Assembly (NCBI GenBank): GCA_018394295.1
Contig: CP074573.1
Location: 2,886,543-2,918,542 of the forward strand
Source of the DNA: Mycoplasmatota bacterium
Lineage (GTDB): Bacteria > Bacillota_I > Bacilli_A > Haloplasmatales > Haloplasmataceae
Reading direction: 5' to 3'
DNA length: 32,000 nucleotides
Shown here: positions 1 through 10,425 of the stretch, piece by piece
Numbering within the stretch: position 1 is the stretch's first letter
How the letters are laid out: every line of letters begins with the position of its first letter
Made by a program: the position numbers and the translations under genes
The notes under the pieces: model-generated
What the model was told of the DNA's origin: nothing
Database searches by the model: none
The model's input: only the letters and a program-made list of their open reading frames with translations

Positions 1-167
1 TATATAATTCTCTGTAGTTCTTCCGCATTTTCTAGATGTAGTGATTCTAGTTTAGGATGATAACCTTCATCCAAATCTATTGTTTTCTCTAATTCATTTT
101 GAAGGGATATATCTTTCTTAATCATCTCTAGTAATGCTAAGGTTATCTCTTCTAATCGATTATTCAT
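1..167 (-). CDS. hypothetical protein, N-terminal fragment (continues beyond left edge)
   Basis: Open frame reading MNNRLEEITLALLEMIKKDISLQNELEKTIDLDEGYHPKLESLHLENAEELQRII, preceded by AAGGTGATAATA (SD-like); absent from ORF track because truncated. Confidence 0.55.
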   Translation of the reverse strand, partial: MNNRLEEITLALLEMIKKDISLQNELEKTIDLDEGYHPKLESLHLENAEELQRII

Positions 168-227
168 TATTATCACCTTCTTTTAGTTGTTTAAGTATAT
201 TCACTTAAATACTAAAAGATGACAATT

Positions 228-1520
228 CTATAATCCTAATTGCTCAAAGATTTCATCAATTGCTTCTAAATGATAAGAAACATTAAAGCAATTTTCTATT
301 TCTAAATCAGTTAAATATTGTTTAATCGTTTGATCATTTTTTAATACTTCCTTAAATGAAACTTGATTTTGATAAGCTAACATTGCTTTTGGTTGGACAA
401 GGTCATAAGATTCTTCTCTTGATAACCCTTTATCAACTAGTTTTAATAATACCCTTTGTGAAAATATCACACCATGTGTAGCGTAAATATTTTTCATCAT
501 TTGTTCGTCATATACGACTAATGTATCTATTACTTTTGAGAATCGATGCAACATATAATCTAGAAGAATAGTTGCATCTGGCATAATAATACGTTCGACA
601 GATGAATGAGATATATCTCTTTCATGCCATAAGGCAATATCTTCATATGCTGGAACGATATACCCTCTAATTACTCTTGCGCATCCTGAAATGTTTTCTG
701 ATGAAATTGGATTACGCTTATGAGGCATCGCTGAAGATCCCTTTTGATTTTTATTGAAATACTCTTCCACTTCTTTTACTTCAGTTCTTTGTAAGTGTCT
801 TATTTCAACTGCCATTTTTTCTAAAGACGATGCGATTAATGCTAAGGTAGATATGTAATTAGCGTGCCGATCTCTTTGAAGTGTTTGAGTTGATATTTTA
901 GCAGCATGGATACCAAGATTTTCACATACATATTTTTCTATATAAATCGGAATATTAGCATGCGTTCCTACTGCTCCAGATATTTTTCCCACTTCAATTT
1001 CATTTGCAGCTTCATTAAAACGGTGCAGATTGCGGTTCATTTCTTCATACCACAATGCGAATTTCATTCCAAAAGTTGTGATTTCTGCATGTATTCCATG
1101 GGTTCTACCCATTTGAACAGTGTGTTTATATTGAAGCGCCTTTTCTTTTAAGATTCCAATAAAATTAGATAAACCTTTTCTTAATACTTCATTGATTTGT
1201 TTATAGATATATCCATTTGCTGTATCTACAACATCTGTAGAGGTTAATCCATAATGAACCCATTTTTTTTCTTCTTCTAAACTTTCACTGACTGATCTCG
1301 TAAATGCAATCACATCATGCTTTGTTTCTTTTTCTAATTCATTAATACGATTCATATCAAACGCAGCATTATCTGCAATTTTTTGAACATCTTCAAATGG
1401 TATATGACCTAATTTTGCCCATGCTTCACAAGACAAAATTTCAACTTTTAACCATGCTTTAAATTTATTTTCAACACTCCATAAATCTTTCATTTCTTTT
1501 CTGCTATATCTATCTATCAC
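228..1520 (-). CDS. purB: adenylosuccinate lyase
   Basis: 430 aa ORF with the fumarase/lyase signature [11 protein letters not shown] and N-terminus [15 protein letters not shown] typical of PurB. Confidence 0.97.
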   Translation of the reverse strand: MIDRYSRKEMKDLWSVENKFKAWLKVEILSCEAWAKLGHIPFEDVQKIADNAAFDMNRINELEKETKHDVIAFTRSVSESLEEEKKWVHYGLTSTDVVDTANGYIYKQINEVLRKGLSNFIGILKEKALQYKHTVQMGRTHGIHAEITTFGMKFALWYEEMNRNLHRFNEAANEIEVGKISGAVGTHANIPIYIEKYVCENLGIHAAKISTQTLQRDRHANYISTLALIASSLEKMAVEIRHLQRTEVKEVEEYFNKNQKGSSAMPHKRNPISSENISGCARVIRGYIVPAYEDIALWHERDISHSSVERIIMPDATILLDYMLHRFSKVIDTLVVYDEQMMKNIYATHGVIFSQRVLLKLVDKGLSREESYDLVQPKAMLAYQNQVSFKEVLKNDQTIKQYLTDLEIENCFNVSYHLEAIDEIFEQLGL

Positions 1521-1538
1521 ATTAATCCTCCAATGTTT

Positions 1539-2399
1539 TTATTTAGTCATTCGCTTACATGCCTCTAATGTGTTTTCTAATAACATTGTAATAGTCATAG
1601 GACCAACTCCACCAGGGACTGGTGTTATATAACCAGCTACATCTAATGCATTTTCAAAATCTACATCACCACATAATTTATTGTCAACACGATTAACTCC
1701 TACATCTATAACAACTGCACCAGGTTTAATCATATCAGCTGTAACAAATTTTGCTTTGCCAATCGCTGCGATTATAATATCTGCTTCTTTAGTATGCGAT
1801 TTTAAATCTTTTGTTCTTGAATGACAAATAGTAACTGTCGCATTTTCACGTAGCAATAAATGAGCAACAGGTTTACCTACTATATTACTTCTACCCAATA
1901 TTACAGCATGTTTCCCTGACATGTCAATATTAGTTTCTTTGATTAATTTAATAATTCCTGCTGGTGTACAAGGTAAGAAACATTGTTCTTTCAAAACCAT
2001 TTTACCCACATTGATTGGGCTAAATCCATCAACATCTTTTTCAATACTAATTGTATTTATTATTTTACTTTCATTAATATGTTTTGGTAATGGTAATTGT
2101 ACTAAAATACCATGAACGTCTGTATCTTGATTTAGTTTTTCCACTAATTCAATTAGTTCTTCTTCTTTAGTCTCTACTGGTAATTTAATTAAAGTAGATT
2201 TCATATTCGTTTGCTCACAGCCTTTTTGTTTTCCTGTAACATAAGACAATGAAGCTGGGTTGTCTCCCACTAAAACGACTACTAAATGCGGAACAACGTT
2301 AGTTTCATCAATAAATTGACACACTTTTTCTTTTAATTCTGATCTTATTCTTTTAGCTAAATCTTTTCCACTAACAACTATAGCGCTCAATCTTAACAT
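1539..2399 (-). CDS. folD: bifunctional methylenetetrahydrofolate dehydrogenase/methenyltetrahydrofolate cyclohydrolase
   Basis: 286 aa; motifs [37 protein letters not shown]. Confidence 0.97.
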   Translation of the reverse strand: MLRLSAIVVSGKDLAKRIRSELKEKVCQFIDETNVVPHLVVVLVGDNPASLSYVTGKQKGCEQTNMKSTLIKLPVETKEEELIELVEKLNQDTDVHGILVQLPLPKHINESKIINTISIEKDVDGFSPINVGKMVLKEQCFLPCTPAGIIKLIKETNIDMSGKHAVILGRSNIVGKPVAHLLLRENATVTICHSRTKDLKSHTKEADIIIAAIGKAKFVTADMIKPGAVVIDVGVNRVDNKLCGDVDFENALDVAGYITPVPGGVGPMTITMLLENTLEACKRMTK

Positions 2400-2420
2400 C
2401 TCCCTATTTATTTTTTAATA

Positions 2421-2452
2421 ATAAATGAAGTCTATTAATAGACTTCATTTAT
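2421..2452. repeat. 32-bp perfect palindrome between aminotransferase and folD
   Basis: ataaatgaagtctattaatagacttcatttat is its own reverse complement. Confidence 0.85.
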
Positions 2453-2460
2453 GCCATCTT

Positions 2461-3564
2461 TTAATTATTAGTAATATTATTGTCTTCAATAGCCTTAAAC
2501 TCTAATATTTTATTTACCAAATCATCAATATCTTCAAAGGTAAATTCACTAATAATTCCAATCCGTAACATTAGGTTTGTTAATTTTCCCTGTCCCTTAG
2601 CAACTGAAAAATCATATCGATTATCTAAAAATTGAACTAATTTTTCAATATCATAATTATTATTGGCTAATACAGGAACCAAGGCATTACCTTTTATTTT
2701 TTCATCTTCAATAAACAATTTGAATCCAATTTCTTCCATCTTTTCTTCAACATATTTTCTTAGTGTCATTTTTTCAATAGCGATACATTCAATTCCTTTT
2801 TCCAATATTGCATCTAAAACAATATCTAGGGCTAATATTAATGAAGTAGATGGTGTATAAGGGTTTTGACCCTTTTTAAAATAATCTAAATATTTTTGAT
2901 AATTCCAATAAAATTTCGGTAGATTAGAGTGTTTCATCACTTCTTTTGCTTTCTTTGATAACGCAACAAAAGCAAGGCCTGGTGGTAATAAAAACCCTTT
3001 TTGACTTGATGCTAATGCACAATCCACATTCCACAGGTCAAACTCAAATGGATGTATAATCATACCACTTATACAATCTGCGATTAATAAAGCATTTTTA
3101 GTGTGAATATATTGACCTAATTCTTTAATATCATTTAATACACCAGTTGATGTTTCATGATAAGTGACAAATACACCTTTGATATGAGGATATTTATCAA
3201 ACATATCTTTTACATCTTGAAGATTATAAGTATCTCCCCAGTTATAATCAATAGAATGTACAGTAAGTTGATAGGTCTGACATATCTCTATAAAACGAAC
3301 TCCAAAAAAACCAGTATTAATAATAAGCACTTCATCACCTTTTGAAAACAGATTTACAACAGATGATTCCATAGCCCCTGTACCAGATGATGTTAAAATA
3401 AGTACATCATTTTTAGTCATAAATACTTGTTGTAGTTTTTCAGTCACGCGATAGAGAAGGTTTTGATAATCACTCATTCTATGGTGTATGATATCTTTTG
3501 ACAATTGTACCCGAACAAATTGTGGTATATTGCCAGGTCCTGGTGTAAATAATTTTTTCGACAC
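2461..3564 (-). CDS. class V aminotransferase (alanine/serine-glyoxylate or aspartate aminotransferase-like)
   Basis: 367 aa; N-term LFTPGPGNIP, ..HHR.., SSGTGAMES, internal SSQKG (PLP-lysine region) typical of the class V alanine-glyoxylate family. Confidence 0.85.
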   Translation of the reverse strand: MSKKLFTPGPGNIPQFVRVQLSKDIIHHRMSDYQNLLYRVTEKLQQVFMTKNDVLILTSSGTGAMESSVVNLFSKGDEVLIINTGFFGVRFIEICQTYQLTVHSIDYNWGDTYNLQDVKDMFDKYPHIKGVFVTYHETSTGVLNDIKELGQYIHTKNALLIADCISGMIIHPFEFDLWNVDCALASSQKGFLLPPGLAFVALSKKAKEVMKHSNLPKFYWNYQKYLDYFKKGQNPYTPSTSLILALDIVLDAILEKGIECIAIEKMTLRKYVEEKMEEIGFKLFIEDEKIKGNALVPVLANNNYDIEKLVQFLDNRYDFSVAKGQGKLTNLMLRIGIISEFTFEDIDDLVNKILEFKAIEDNNITNN

Positions 3565-3596
3565 TCTAATCGCCCCTTTATTTCAAAATCGTCATA

Positions 3597-5273
3597 TTAG
3601 AATAATCCGTAAGCATTTCCTTCATCATCAACATCCATTGCAAGTGCTGCTGGCGCTTTTGGTAATCCCGGCATCGTTAGAACAGTTCCAGTTAATGCTA
3701 CTAAGAATCCTGCACCTATAGAAGGTCTTAATTCTCTCACAGTAATTTTAAATCCACGTGGACGTCCAAATACTTTTGCATTATCTGACAATGAATTTTG
3801 TGTTTTTGCCATACAGATAGGCAGTTTATCCCAACCAAATGATTCATACTCAGCAATTTGTTTTTTAGCTTCAGCAGTAAACTCAACACCATCTGCGCCA
3901 TATACTTTTTTACAAATCGCTTCGATTTTATTCTCAATAGAATCATCTAATTTATATAGTTGGTCAAATTTATTTTCTTTCACATTATCAATTTCTTTAA
4001 TAATTCGTTTAGCAAGGTCTACTCCACCTTTGCCACCAAATTCCCAAACTTCTGACATCTCAATCGGATGATTATTCTCTTTACCCCAGTTTAATAACGC
4101 TTCAAGTTCGTTATCTGTATCAGTAATAAATTTATTTAATGCAACAACATAAGGTAAATTAAATTGTTTTATTGTATCGATATGTTTTTCTAAGTTTTCA
4201 ATACCTTTAATTACTGCATCTACATTTTCTTCTTTTAAGTTTTGTTTGCTTACGCCACCATGCATTTTTAATGCACGTACTGTTGCTACAATAACAACAG
4301 CATTTGGTTTCATATCAGCTATTCGACACTTGATATCTAAGAACTTTTCAGCCCCTAAATCTGCACCAAATCCAGCCTCTGTAATCAAATAATCAGCTAA
4401 TTTTATTCCTAATTTCGATGCGATTATTGAATTACATCCATGAGCAATATTCGCAAAAGGGCCACCATGAACTAATACAGGTGTATTTTCTACTGTTTGA
4501 ACCAAATTCGGTTTAATTGCATCTGTTAACAATAATGTTAACGCACCTTCAACTTTTAATTCTCCTACAGTAACTGGCTTCTTATCATAAGTATAACCAA
4601 CGACAATTTGAGCTAAACGTTTTTTCAAGTCGCTTAGGTCTTTAGCTAGACAGAAAACTGCCATTATTTCAGATGCACTAGAAATATTGAATCCATCTCC
4701 ACGCATCACACCGTTAACACGGCTTCCTGTACCAATAATAACTTGACGTAATGCACGATCATTAATATCAACACAACGTTTAAAAGTAATATTTTTTGGA
4801 TCAATATTTAAAGCGTTCCCTTGATAAATATGATTATCAATTAATGCTGCTAAAGTATTATTAGCCGCTGTAATCGCATGAATATCTCCAGTAAAATGTA
4901 AATTTAAATCTTCCATTGGAACAACTTGTGCATATCCCCCACCTGCAGCTCCACCTTTAACACCCATTACAGGTCCTAAAGATGGTTCTCTTAACGCAAT
5001 AATTGCTTTTTTATTTATTAAAGCAAATGCTTCTCCTAATCCAACAGTTGTTGTTGATTTTCCTTCACCTGCTGGCGTTGGATTAATTGCGGTAACTAAG
5101 ATAACTTTCCCATCTTTTTTCTCTTGTAACTTGTCTAACAAGTTAAGCGATAATTTCGCTTTGTACTTCCCATACAACTCAATGTCTTCTTCAGAAATTC
5201 CTAAATTTTCTGCAATCTTTTGAATCGGAAGCATCTTTGCTTCTTTGGCAATCTCTAGATCAGATTTAAACAT
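3597..5273 (-). CDS. fhs: formate--tetrahydrofolate ligase
   Basis: 558 aa; [56 protein letters not shown]-term [21 protein letters not shown]. Confidence 0.98.
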   Translation of the reverse strand: MFKSDLEIAKEAKMLPIQKIAENLGISEEDIELYGKYKAKLSLNLLDKLQEKKDGKVILVTAINPTPAGEGKSTTTVGLGEAFALINKKAIIALREPSLGPVMGVKGGAAGGGYAQVVPMEDLNLHFTGDIHAITAANNTLAALIDNHIYQGNALNIDPKNITFKRCVDINDRALRQVIIGTGSRVNGVMRGDGFNISSASEIMAVFCLAKDLSDLKKRLAQIVVGYTYDKKPVTVGELKVEGALTLLLTDAIKPNLVQTVENTPVLVHGGPFANIAHGCNSIIASKLGIKLADYLITEAGFGADLGAEKFLDIKCRIADMKPNAVVIVATVRALKMHGGVSKQNLKEENVDAVIKGIENLEKHIDTIKQFNLPYVVALNKFITDTDNELEALLNWGKENNHPIEMSEVWEFGGKGGVDLAKRIIKEIDNVKENKFDQLYKLDDSIENKIEAICKKVYGADGVEFTAEAKKQIAEYESFGWDKLPICMAKTQNSLSDNAKVFGRPRGFKITVRELRPSIGAGFLVALTGTVLTMPGLPKAPAALAMDVDDEGNAYGLF

Positions 5274-5480
5274 TTTATCCCTCCTATATTTTTAGCAACA
5301 ATCTAAAAAATTGTGCTCAACATGAAAACAATATTTCGATAGAAATATTTACTTCTATTTTAAAGCGTTACTAAGATTTTTGCAAGATGATTTGATTGAT
5401 TTATCAGATGTTTTTAAATTATATTTAGCAAAATTTATTTTGATAAAGTAAAAATTTCATTCCTATAAAAAATGAAAGTC

Positions 5481-5509
5481 TTTACATACGTTTTGATTCA
5501 CCGTATAAT
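5481..5509 (+). promoter_or_regulatory. sigma-A type promoter for ECF/DUF1893 operon
   Basis: TTTACA (5481-5486), 17-nt spacer, TATAAT (5504-5509), upstream of SD and ATG at 5538. Confidence 0.75.
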
Positions 5510-5537
5510 GAAATTAAATTTATATGGAGGAATAAAT

Positions 5538-6074
5538 ATGAATACGAAAAAGATTGTTTATTCAGGATTTTTAATCGCATTTGGTGTTTTGTTACCCATC
5601 ATTTTTCATTTCATTCCTGGTAATTTAGGGCTTATATTATTACCTATTCATTACTCTGCATATTTTGCTGGTGGATTTTTTGGTCCTATTATTGGGGGAA
5701 TTGTAGGATTGTTTACACCAATTATTAGTTATCAACTGACTGGTATGCCTCCACAACTTTCCTTTATATATATCGCAGCTGAAACCTTTGTTTATGGATT
5801 AGTATTTGGGTTTTTATATTATAAAAGACATCTTAACATATATGTTTCATTATTAATTTCTATGATTTTAGGTAGAATAACTAATTTTACAGGAACTTAT
5901 ATTATTGCTAATGTTATCTTAGGTAATATGGCCAAACCTTATCAAATTGTTAATATTTTTTATAACTTTTCTATTGGATTAATGGGTGCTGTTTTCCAAT
6001 TTTTGATTATTCCGCTTGTTATCAAAAGAATTAATATGGTTTTTTCCTTTGATAAGCAAAGGCATGGTGTTTAA
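5538..6074 (+). CDS. ECF transporter S component, substrate unknown
   Basis: Small hydrophobic multi-TM protein MNTKKIVYSGFLIAFGVLLPIIFHFIP... with AGGFFGPIIGGIVGLFTPIISYQLTGMPP; SD GGAGG before ATG at 5538. The upstream in-frame start at 5472 lies before the promoter. Confidence 0.75.
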   Translation: MNTKKIVYSGFLIAFGVLLPIIFHFIPGNLGLILLPIHYSAYFAGGFFGPIIGGIVGLFTPIISYQLTGMPPQLSFIYIAAETFVYGLVFGFLYYKRHLNIYVSLLISMILGRITNFTGTYIIANVILGNMAKPYQIVNIFYNFSIGLMGAVFQFLIIPLVIKRINMVFSFDKQRHGV

Positions 6075-6075
6075 T

Positions 6076-6492
6076 ATGTTTAAATATCTAGAACCTGATA
6101 AAACTTGTGTTTTAATTCATGAAACCAAAGTTATATACGAATCAAAAGAAAATAGTGTTAAACCCTTCGTAAAATATATCTATTATCATGGTCTACCAAA
6201 AGAAAATACAATCTTAATCGATAAAGTTATTGGTGTTGCAATTGCCAATGTAGCCTTATATTGTAAACTAAATACCGTTTATGGTTTAATTATCTCTAAA
6301 CCAGCTTTAGATTTACTTCAAAAAAATAACGTTAATGTCCATTATGAAACATTAGTTGATCATATCTTAAGACGTGATAAAACAGATATTTGTCCTATGG
6401 AGAAAAAAATATTAACAGCCAATTCATACGAAGAAGCATTTAATTATTTAAAACAGATTGTTATTGACAATAATCCAATTCACTTAAAGTAA
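6076..6492 (+). CDS. DUF1893 domain-containing protein
   Basis: From MFKYLEPDKTCVLIHETKVIYES; IDKVIGVAIANVALY, VYGLIIS, VHYETLVDHILRRDKTDICPMEK match the DUF1893 (TM1506-like) pattern. Starts 1 nt after the preceding stop. Confidence 0.7.
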   Translation: MFKYLEPDKTCVLIHETKVIYESKENSVKPFVKYIYYHGLPKENTILIDKVIGVAIANVALYCKLNTVYGLIISKPALDLLQKNNVNVHYETLVDHILRRDKTDICPMEKKILTANSYEEAFNYLKQIVIDNNPIHLK

Positions 6493-6526
6493 ATAAAGTT
6501 ATCCACAACTGTGGATAACTTTATTT
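6491..6526. terminator. bidirectional intrinsic terminator between convergent DUF1893 gene and purA, containing two inverted DnaA boxes
   Basis: aaataaagttatccaca-ac-tgtggataactttattt: 17-bp perfect arms, 2-nt centre, flanked by T-rich sequence and overlapping both stop codons. Confidence 0.75.
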
Positions 6527-7806
6527 TAATATATATTTTTAAGAATAATTGTTTGTTCTCTATCAGGACCAACCGAAACCATAATTACTGGTACTTTAGT
6601 AATTTCTGAAATCTTTTTCACATAATTCTGTGCATTAATTGGTAAATCGTCAAAGTTTTTGATTTGTGATATATTTTCATTCCAACCAGGCATTTCAATA
6701 TAAACTGGTCTACATCTTGAAAATTCTTTAATAGTTGAAGGGATGTATTTTATTTCTTTACCTTCTAATTCATAACCAACACAAAGTTTAATCTTCTCAA
6801 GTCCGGTTAGAACATCTAACAAATTAATAGATAGACCGGTTAATCCACTGACACGTCTTGTGTGAGAAACAATGACAGCATCAAACCATCCTATTCTTCT
6901 TGGACGACCTGTAACTGTTCCATATTCTTTTCCGACTTTTCGGATATAATCACCTGTTTTATCTTTCAATTCTGTAGGAAATGCTCCTTCACCAACTCTT
7001 GTAGAATATGCTTTAGTAACACCAACAACCTCATCAATTAGAGTAGGTCCTATTCCAGCTCCAATCGTCACAGCTCCAGCCACTGGGTTAGAAGAGGTTA
7101 CAAAAGGATAAGTACCATGGTCAATATCTAACATGACCCCTTGAGCACCTTCAAATAAAATCTTTTTATCATTTTCTAGTGCCTCATCAATTTCAAAAGA
7201 AGTATCTGTTACATATGGTTTTAAAATTGATGCATACTTGCTATATTCTTTAAACATCTCATTAAAATCGAATGTTGGTTTATTATATTTTTTCAATATT
7301 TCATTTTTTTCTTTAATATGAAACATTAGTTTGTCTTTAAATATTTCAGGATCAATAAACTCTCCTACACGTATACCAGTTCTTGCATACTTATCAACAT
7401 ATGCAGGACCAATTCCCTTTTTAGTAGTTCCAACTTTTAGGTCTTCTCGTAATTCCTCTTGTAATTCATCTAGTGCCAAATGGTATGGTAAAATAACGTG
7501 TGCTCGATTAGATATTCTAATAGAATTTGTTGAAATCCTACGAACACTTAAATAATTCATCTCTTCTATTAATGATTTGGGGTTAATAACCATTCCATTA
7601 CCTAAGAAAACTTTTTCAGCACTAAATATACCCGAAGGAATTAATTTTAATTTGAATTGTTCCTGATTAAATACTATTGTATGGCTAGCATTATTTCCAC
7701 CTTGATATCTAACAACAATATTCGCTTTATGAGACAAGTATTCAGTAATTTTACCTTTACCCTCATCTCCCCACTGAGTTCCAACAACAACAACTGTTTT
7801 AGCCAT
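6526..7806 (-). CDS. purA: adenylosuccinate synthetase
   Basis: 426 aa; VVVGTQWGDEGKGKITEYL, GANASHTIV-like QGGNNASHTI, GPAYVDKYAR, TGRPRRIGWFDAV. Confidence 0.98.
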   Translation of the reverse strand: MAKTVVVVGTQWGDEGKGKITEYLSHKANIVVRYQGGNNASHTIVFNQEQFKLKLIPSGIFSAEKVFLGNGMVINPKSLIEEMNYLSVRRISTNSIRISNRAHVILPYHLALDELQEELREDLKVGTTKKGIGPAYVDKYARTGIRVGEFIDPEIFKDKLMFHIKEKNEILKKYNKPTFDFNEMFKEYSKYASILKPYVTDTSFEIDEALENDKKILFEGAQGVMLDIDHGTYPFVTSSNPVAGAVTIGAGIGPTLIDEVVGVTKAYSTRVGEGAFPTELKDKTGDYIRKVGKEYGTVTGRPRRIGWFDAVIVSHTRRVSGLTGLSINLLDVLTGLEKIKLCVGYELEGKEIKYIPSTIKEFSRCRPVYIEMPGWNENISQIKNFDDLPINAQNYVKKISEITKVPVIMVSVGPDREQTIILKNIY

Positions 7807-7874
7807 GATATTTCCTCCACCAATTATATTTTTAATTATTAACTTTTATATAAACAACAATTAATCTTGATTGA

Positions 7875-9290
7875 TTATATTAAATCTTTATGAATAATAT
7901 TACGTGCAATCCACACACCATTAGCACCAGCTTGTGCTAATCCTCTTGTTATACCTGCTCCATCACCACCGACATATAATCCGTTTATTTCGGTTTCAAA
8001 ATATGTATTTACTTTTGGTCTAGCAGAATAAAACTTAGCTTCTACTCCATAAAAAAGCGTATGTTCAGAAGCGATTCCAGGCGTTAAATGATCAAGCGCT
8101 TCTGTCATTTCAATTAAAGACTTCATAGTTTTGTAGGGAAGTACAAGACCTAAATCACCAGGTGCTGCTTCTAGTAAAGTTGGACTTACAAAACCCTCTT
8201 TAATTCTCTTTTCAGTTGTTCTTCGCCCTTTTAAAATATCACCATATTTTTGAACGATAATAGTTCCGCTTGATAACATGTTAGCTAACTTAGATACAAC
8301 ATGTGCATATTCATTAGGCTTATCAAATGGCTCTTCAAAAGTATGTGATACTAATAATGCAAAATTTGTATTATTACTTCCAAGTTTAGGATTTTTATAA
8401 GCATGTCCATTTGCTAGCATTGTACCTGAATGATTTTCAATAACAACATGACCAGAAGGATTGGAACAAAATGTTCTAACCGTTGTCCCTACACTTGTCC
8501 TAAAAATAAATTTCCCTTCATAAAGGTGTTCATTGATTTCATCCATGATGATGTTATTTGTTTCAACTCGAACCCCGATGTCCACTTGATTATTTGTCAT
8601 ATTAACTTTATATTTATTCATCATCTTTGTTAACCAACTTGAACCATCACGACCAGGTACAACAACAATATATTTGGCCTGAATTGATTGACCATCTTTT
8701 AAAATTACACCTTTAATTTTATTATGTTCAACAATTAAGTCTGTTACTTCGGTTTTGAATAAATAATCAATTTTGTTTTTCATTTCCTCATAGATATTCT
8801 TTAAAATATCTAAATTTTGTTCGGTACCTAAATGTCTTAATTTTGCTCTTAATAATTTTAATCCAACCGCATAACCTTTTTTTTCAATCTGTTTAACATC
8901 ATCTGTATAAGGATCCGTAATGTGTTTTGTTGCTCCATGTTTTAAATTTATGGCATCGACATATTCAATTAAAGATTCTACTGTATTGGTAGGTAAATAA
9001 TCTGTCATCCAACCACCGAATTCACTCGTGATATTAAACTTACCATCAGAATATGCACCTGCACCACCAAAACCATTCGTAATTGAACAAGCTGGATGAC
9101 AACTTGATATTCCTTCACGATTTATTGGACATTTATCAATCTTTTTTTCTAATATAGGACATCTTCTATGATATATATCATGTCCCTTATCAATTAATAA
9201 AACTTTAAGTTCAGGTTTTTTTAACATTAATTCATAACAAGTAAATATTCCAGCCGGACCAGCACCGACTACGATGACATCATAATGCAT
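7875..9290 (-). CDS. FAD-dependent dehydrogenase/oxidoreductase (COG2509-like)
   Basis: 471 aa; VIVVGAGPAGIFTCYEL dinucleotide-binding motif, GFGGAGAYSDGKFN, C-terminal YVGGDGAGITRGLAQAGANGV. Confidence 0.9.
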   Translation of the reverse strand: MHYDVIVVGAGPAGIFTCYELMLKKPELKVLLIDKGHDIYHRRCPILEKKIDKCPINREGISSCHPACSITNGFGGAGAYSDGKFNITSEFGGWMTDYLPTNTVESLIEYVDAINLKHGATKHITDPYTDDVKQIEKKGYAVGLKLLRAKLRHLGTEQNLDILKNIYEEMKNKIDYLFKTEVTDLIVEHNKIKGVILKDGQSIQAKYIVVVPGRDGSSWLTKMMNKYKVNMTNNQVDIGVRVETNNIIMDEINEHLYEGKFIFRTSVGTTVRTFCSNPSGHVVIENHSGTMLANGHAYKNPKLGSNNTNFALLVSHTFEEPFDKPNEYAHVVSKLANMLSSGTIIVQKYGDILKGRRTTEKRIKEGFVSPTLLEAAPGDLGLVLPYKTMKSLIEMTEALDHLTPGIASEHTLFYGVEAKFYSARPKVNTYFETEINGLYVGGDGAGITRGLAQAGANGVWIARNIIHKDLI

Positions 9291-9322
9291 TTTAATCCTC
9301 CTTATTATATCTCAATGTAAAA

Positions 9323-9341
9323 TGCACCTATTTAAGGTGCA
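9323..9341 (-). terminator. candidate intrinsic terminator downstream of ZIP transporter gene
   Basis: TGCACCT-ATTTA-AGGTGCA hairpin followed on the minus strand by TTTTA. Confidence 0.5.
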
Positions 9342-9476
9342 CTTCCTCCATTAATTTTTTCCTCTATATTCAATTGTGATATATTCTTTAGTTTTCATAT
9401 TTAAACCTCGAAATTTTTATTACCAATGTAATTATATAAGATAACAAGATATTTTTAAAGTGTTTTATGAATATTT

Positions 9477-10310
9477 TTATCCTAAGGCAACATCTAATGT
9501 CATCATTATAGCAAATCCAGCAATCGCTCCTAGTGTTGCTATCTTAGCTTCTTTATTTGATTTAGATTCTGGAATTAATTCTTCTACAACCACATATATC
9601 ATTGCTCCAGCAGCAAAAGATAATGCATAAGGCAATAAATTTCTCATTGAAATAACTAGTACTGCTCCTATAATGCCCGCAATTGGTTCAACTATTCCTG
9701 ATAATTGACCGTACCAAAAACTTTTTTTTCTTGAAAGACCTTCTCTTCGCAATGGAACACTAACAGCTGCGCCTTCTGGAAAATTTTGTAAACCAATTCC
9801 TATTGCAAGCGCAATTGCACCATATAAAGTTGCTCCTTCTAATCCTAATTTTGCAGCACCAAAAGCAACGCCTATTGCAAGACCCTCAGGAATATTGTGT
9901 AAGGTAATCGCTAATACCAATAAAATACTACGATTCCAACTTGTAGGAAGACCTTCAGAATGCTTCATTTCATTATCAGCATGAATATGTGGTAAAAATA
10001 TATCAACAATTAGTAAAAAACCTGCACCTATTAAAAACCCTATTAAGGGTGGAATCCAAGGAATATTTCCATTCAATTCTGCAATATCTATTGCCGGTGC
10101 TAATAAAGACCAAAAAGAAGCAGCAATCATCACACCAGCACCAAATCCTAACATCATATCTAATACTTCTTTTTTGACATTTTTAAAAAAGAAAACTAAT
10201 GATGCACCACACATCGTCACAAAATAGGTAAATAAAGTTCCTAATAAGGCTAATGTAGGTGCATTAAACTGACTTAACCACTCCACAAATATCACTCCAA
10301 TTATTTTCAT
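9477..10310 (-). CDS. ZIP family metal transporter
   Basis: 277 aa multi-TM; ITLHNIPEGLAIGVAFG and GIGLQNFPEGAAVSVPL metal-binding helices typical of ZIP/GufA family. Confidence 0.93.
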   Translation of the reverse strand: MKIIGVIFVEWLSQFNAPTLALLGTLFTYFVTMCGASLVFFFKNVKKEVLDMMLGFGAGVMIAASFWSLLAPAIDIAELNGNIPWIPPLIGFLIGAGFLLIVDIFLPHIHADNEMKHSEGLPTSWNRSILLVLAITLHNIPEGLAIGVAFGAAKLGLEGATLYGAIALAIGIGLQNFPEGAAVSVPLRREGLSRKKSFWYGQLSGIVEPIAGIIGAVLVISMRNLLPYALSFAAGAMIYVVVEELIPESKSNKEAKIATLGAIAGFAIMMTLDVALG

Positions 10311-10425
10311 CCAATATTAGTATATTGTTAATATTTATTATTTGATATTGTAGAATATGAATTGGGTACTTTCATTAGGACTATTTATTAAGTTCATTGA
10401 CTACTCCTATTTATTTATAAAAAGA

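Noticed and set aside
906-1151. 81 aa + strand ORF in track
   Set aside because: Antisense shadow of purB, no independent coding support.
1921-2115. 64 aa + strand ORF
   Set aside because: Antisense to folD; low-complexity hydrophobic translation.
2663-3345. + strand ORFs at 2663..2860 and 3157..3345
   Set aside because: Antisense to the class V aminotransferase, whose motifs are intact.
3488-3946. ORFs 3488..3721 (+) and 3737..3946 (-)
   Set aside because: The first is antisense to fhs/aminotransferase; the second is an alternate frame within fhs. Both are explained by fhs coding.
5274-5470. Possible riboswitch (for example THF-type) upstream of fhs
   Set aside because: Only a plausible promoter (TTGCAA-17-TAAAAT on the minus strand) was seen; no recognisable conserved riboswitch core or terminator/anti-terminator pair.
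7331-7842. + strand ORFs 7331..7555 and 7657..7842
   Set aside because: Antisense to purA.
8430-8633. 67 aa + strand Cys/His-containing ORF
   Set aside because: Looks zinc-binding-like but is antisense to the flavoprotein gene; no SD or conservation evidence.
9989-10177. 62 aa + strand ORF
   Set aside because: Antisense to the ZIP transporter gene.
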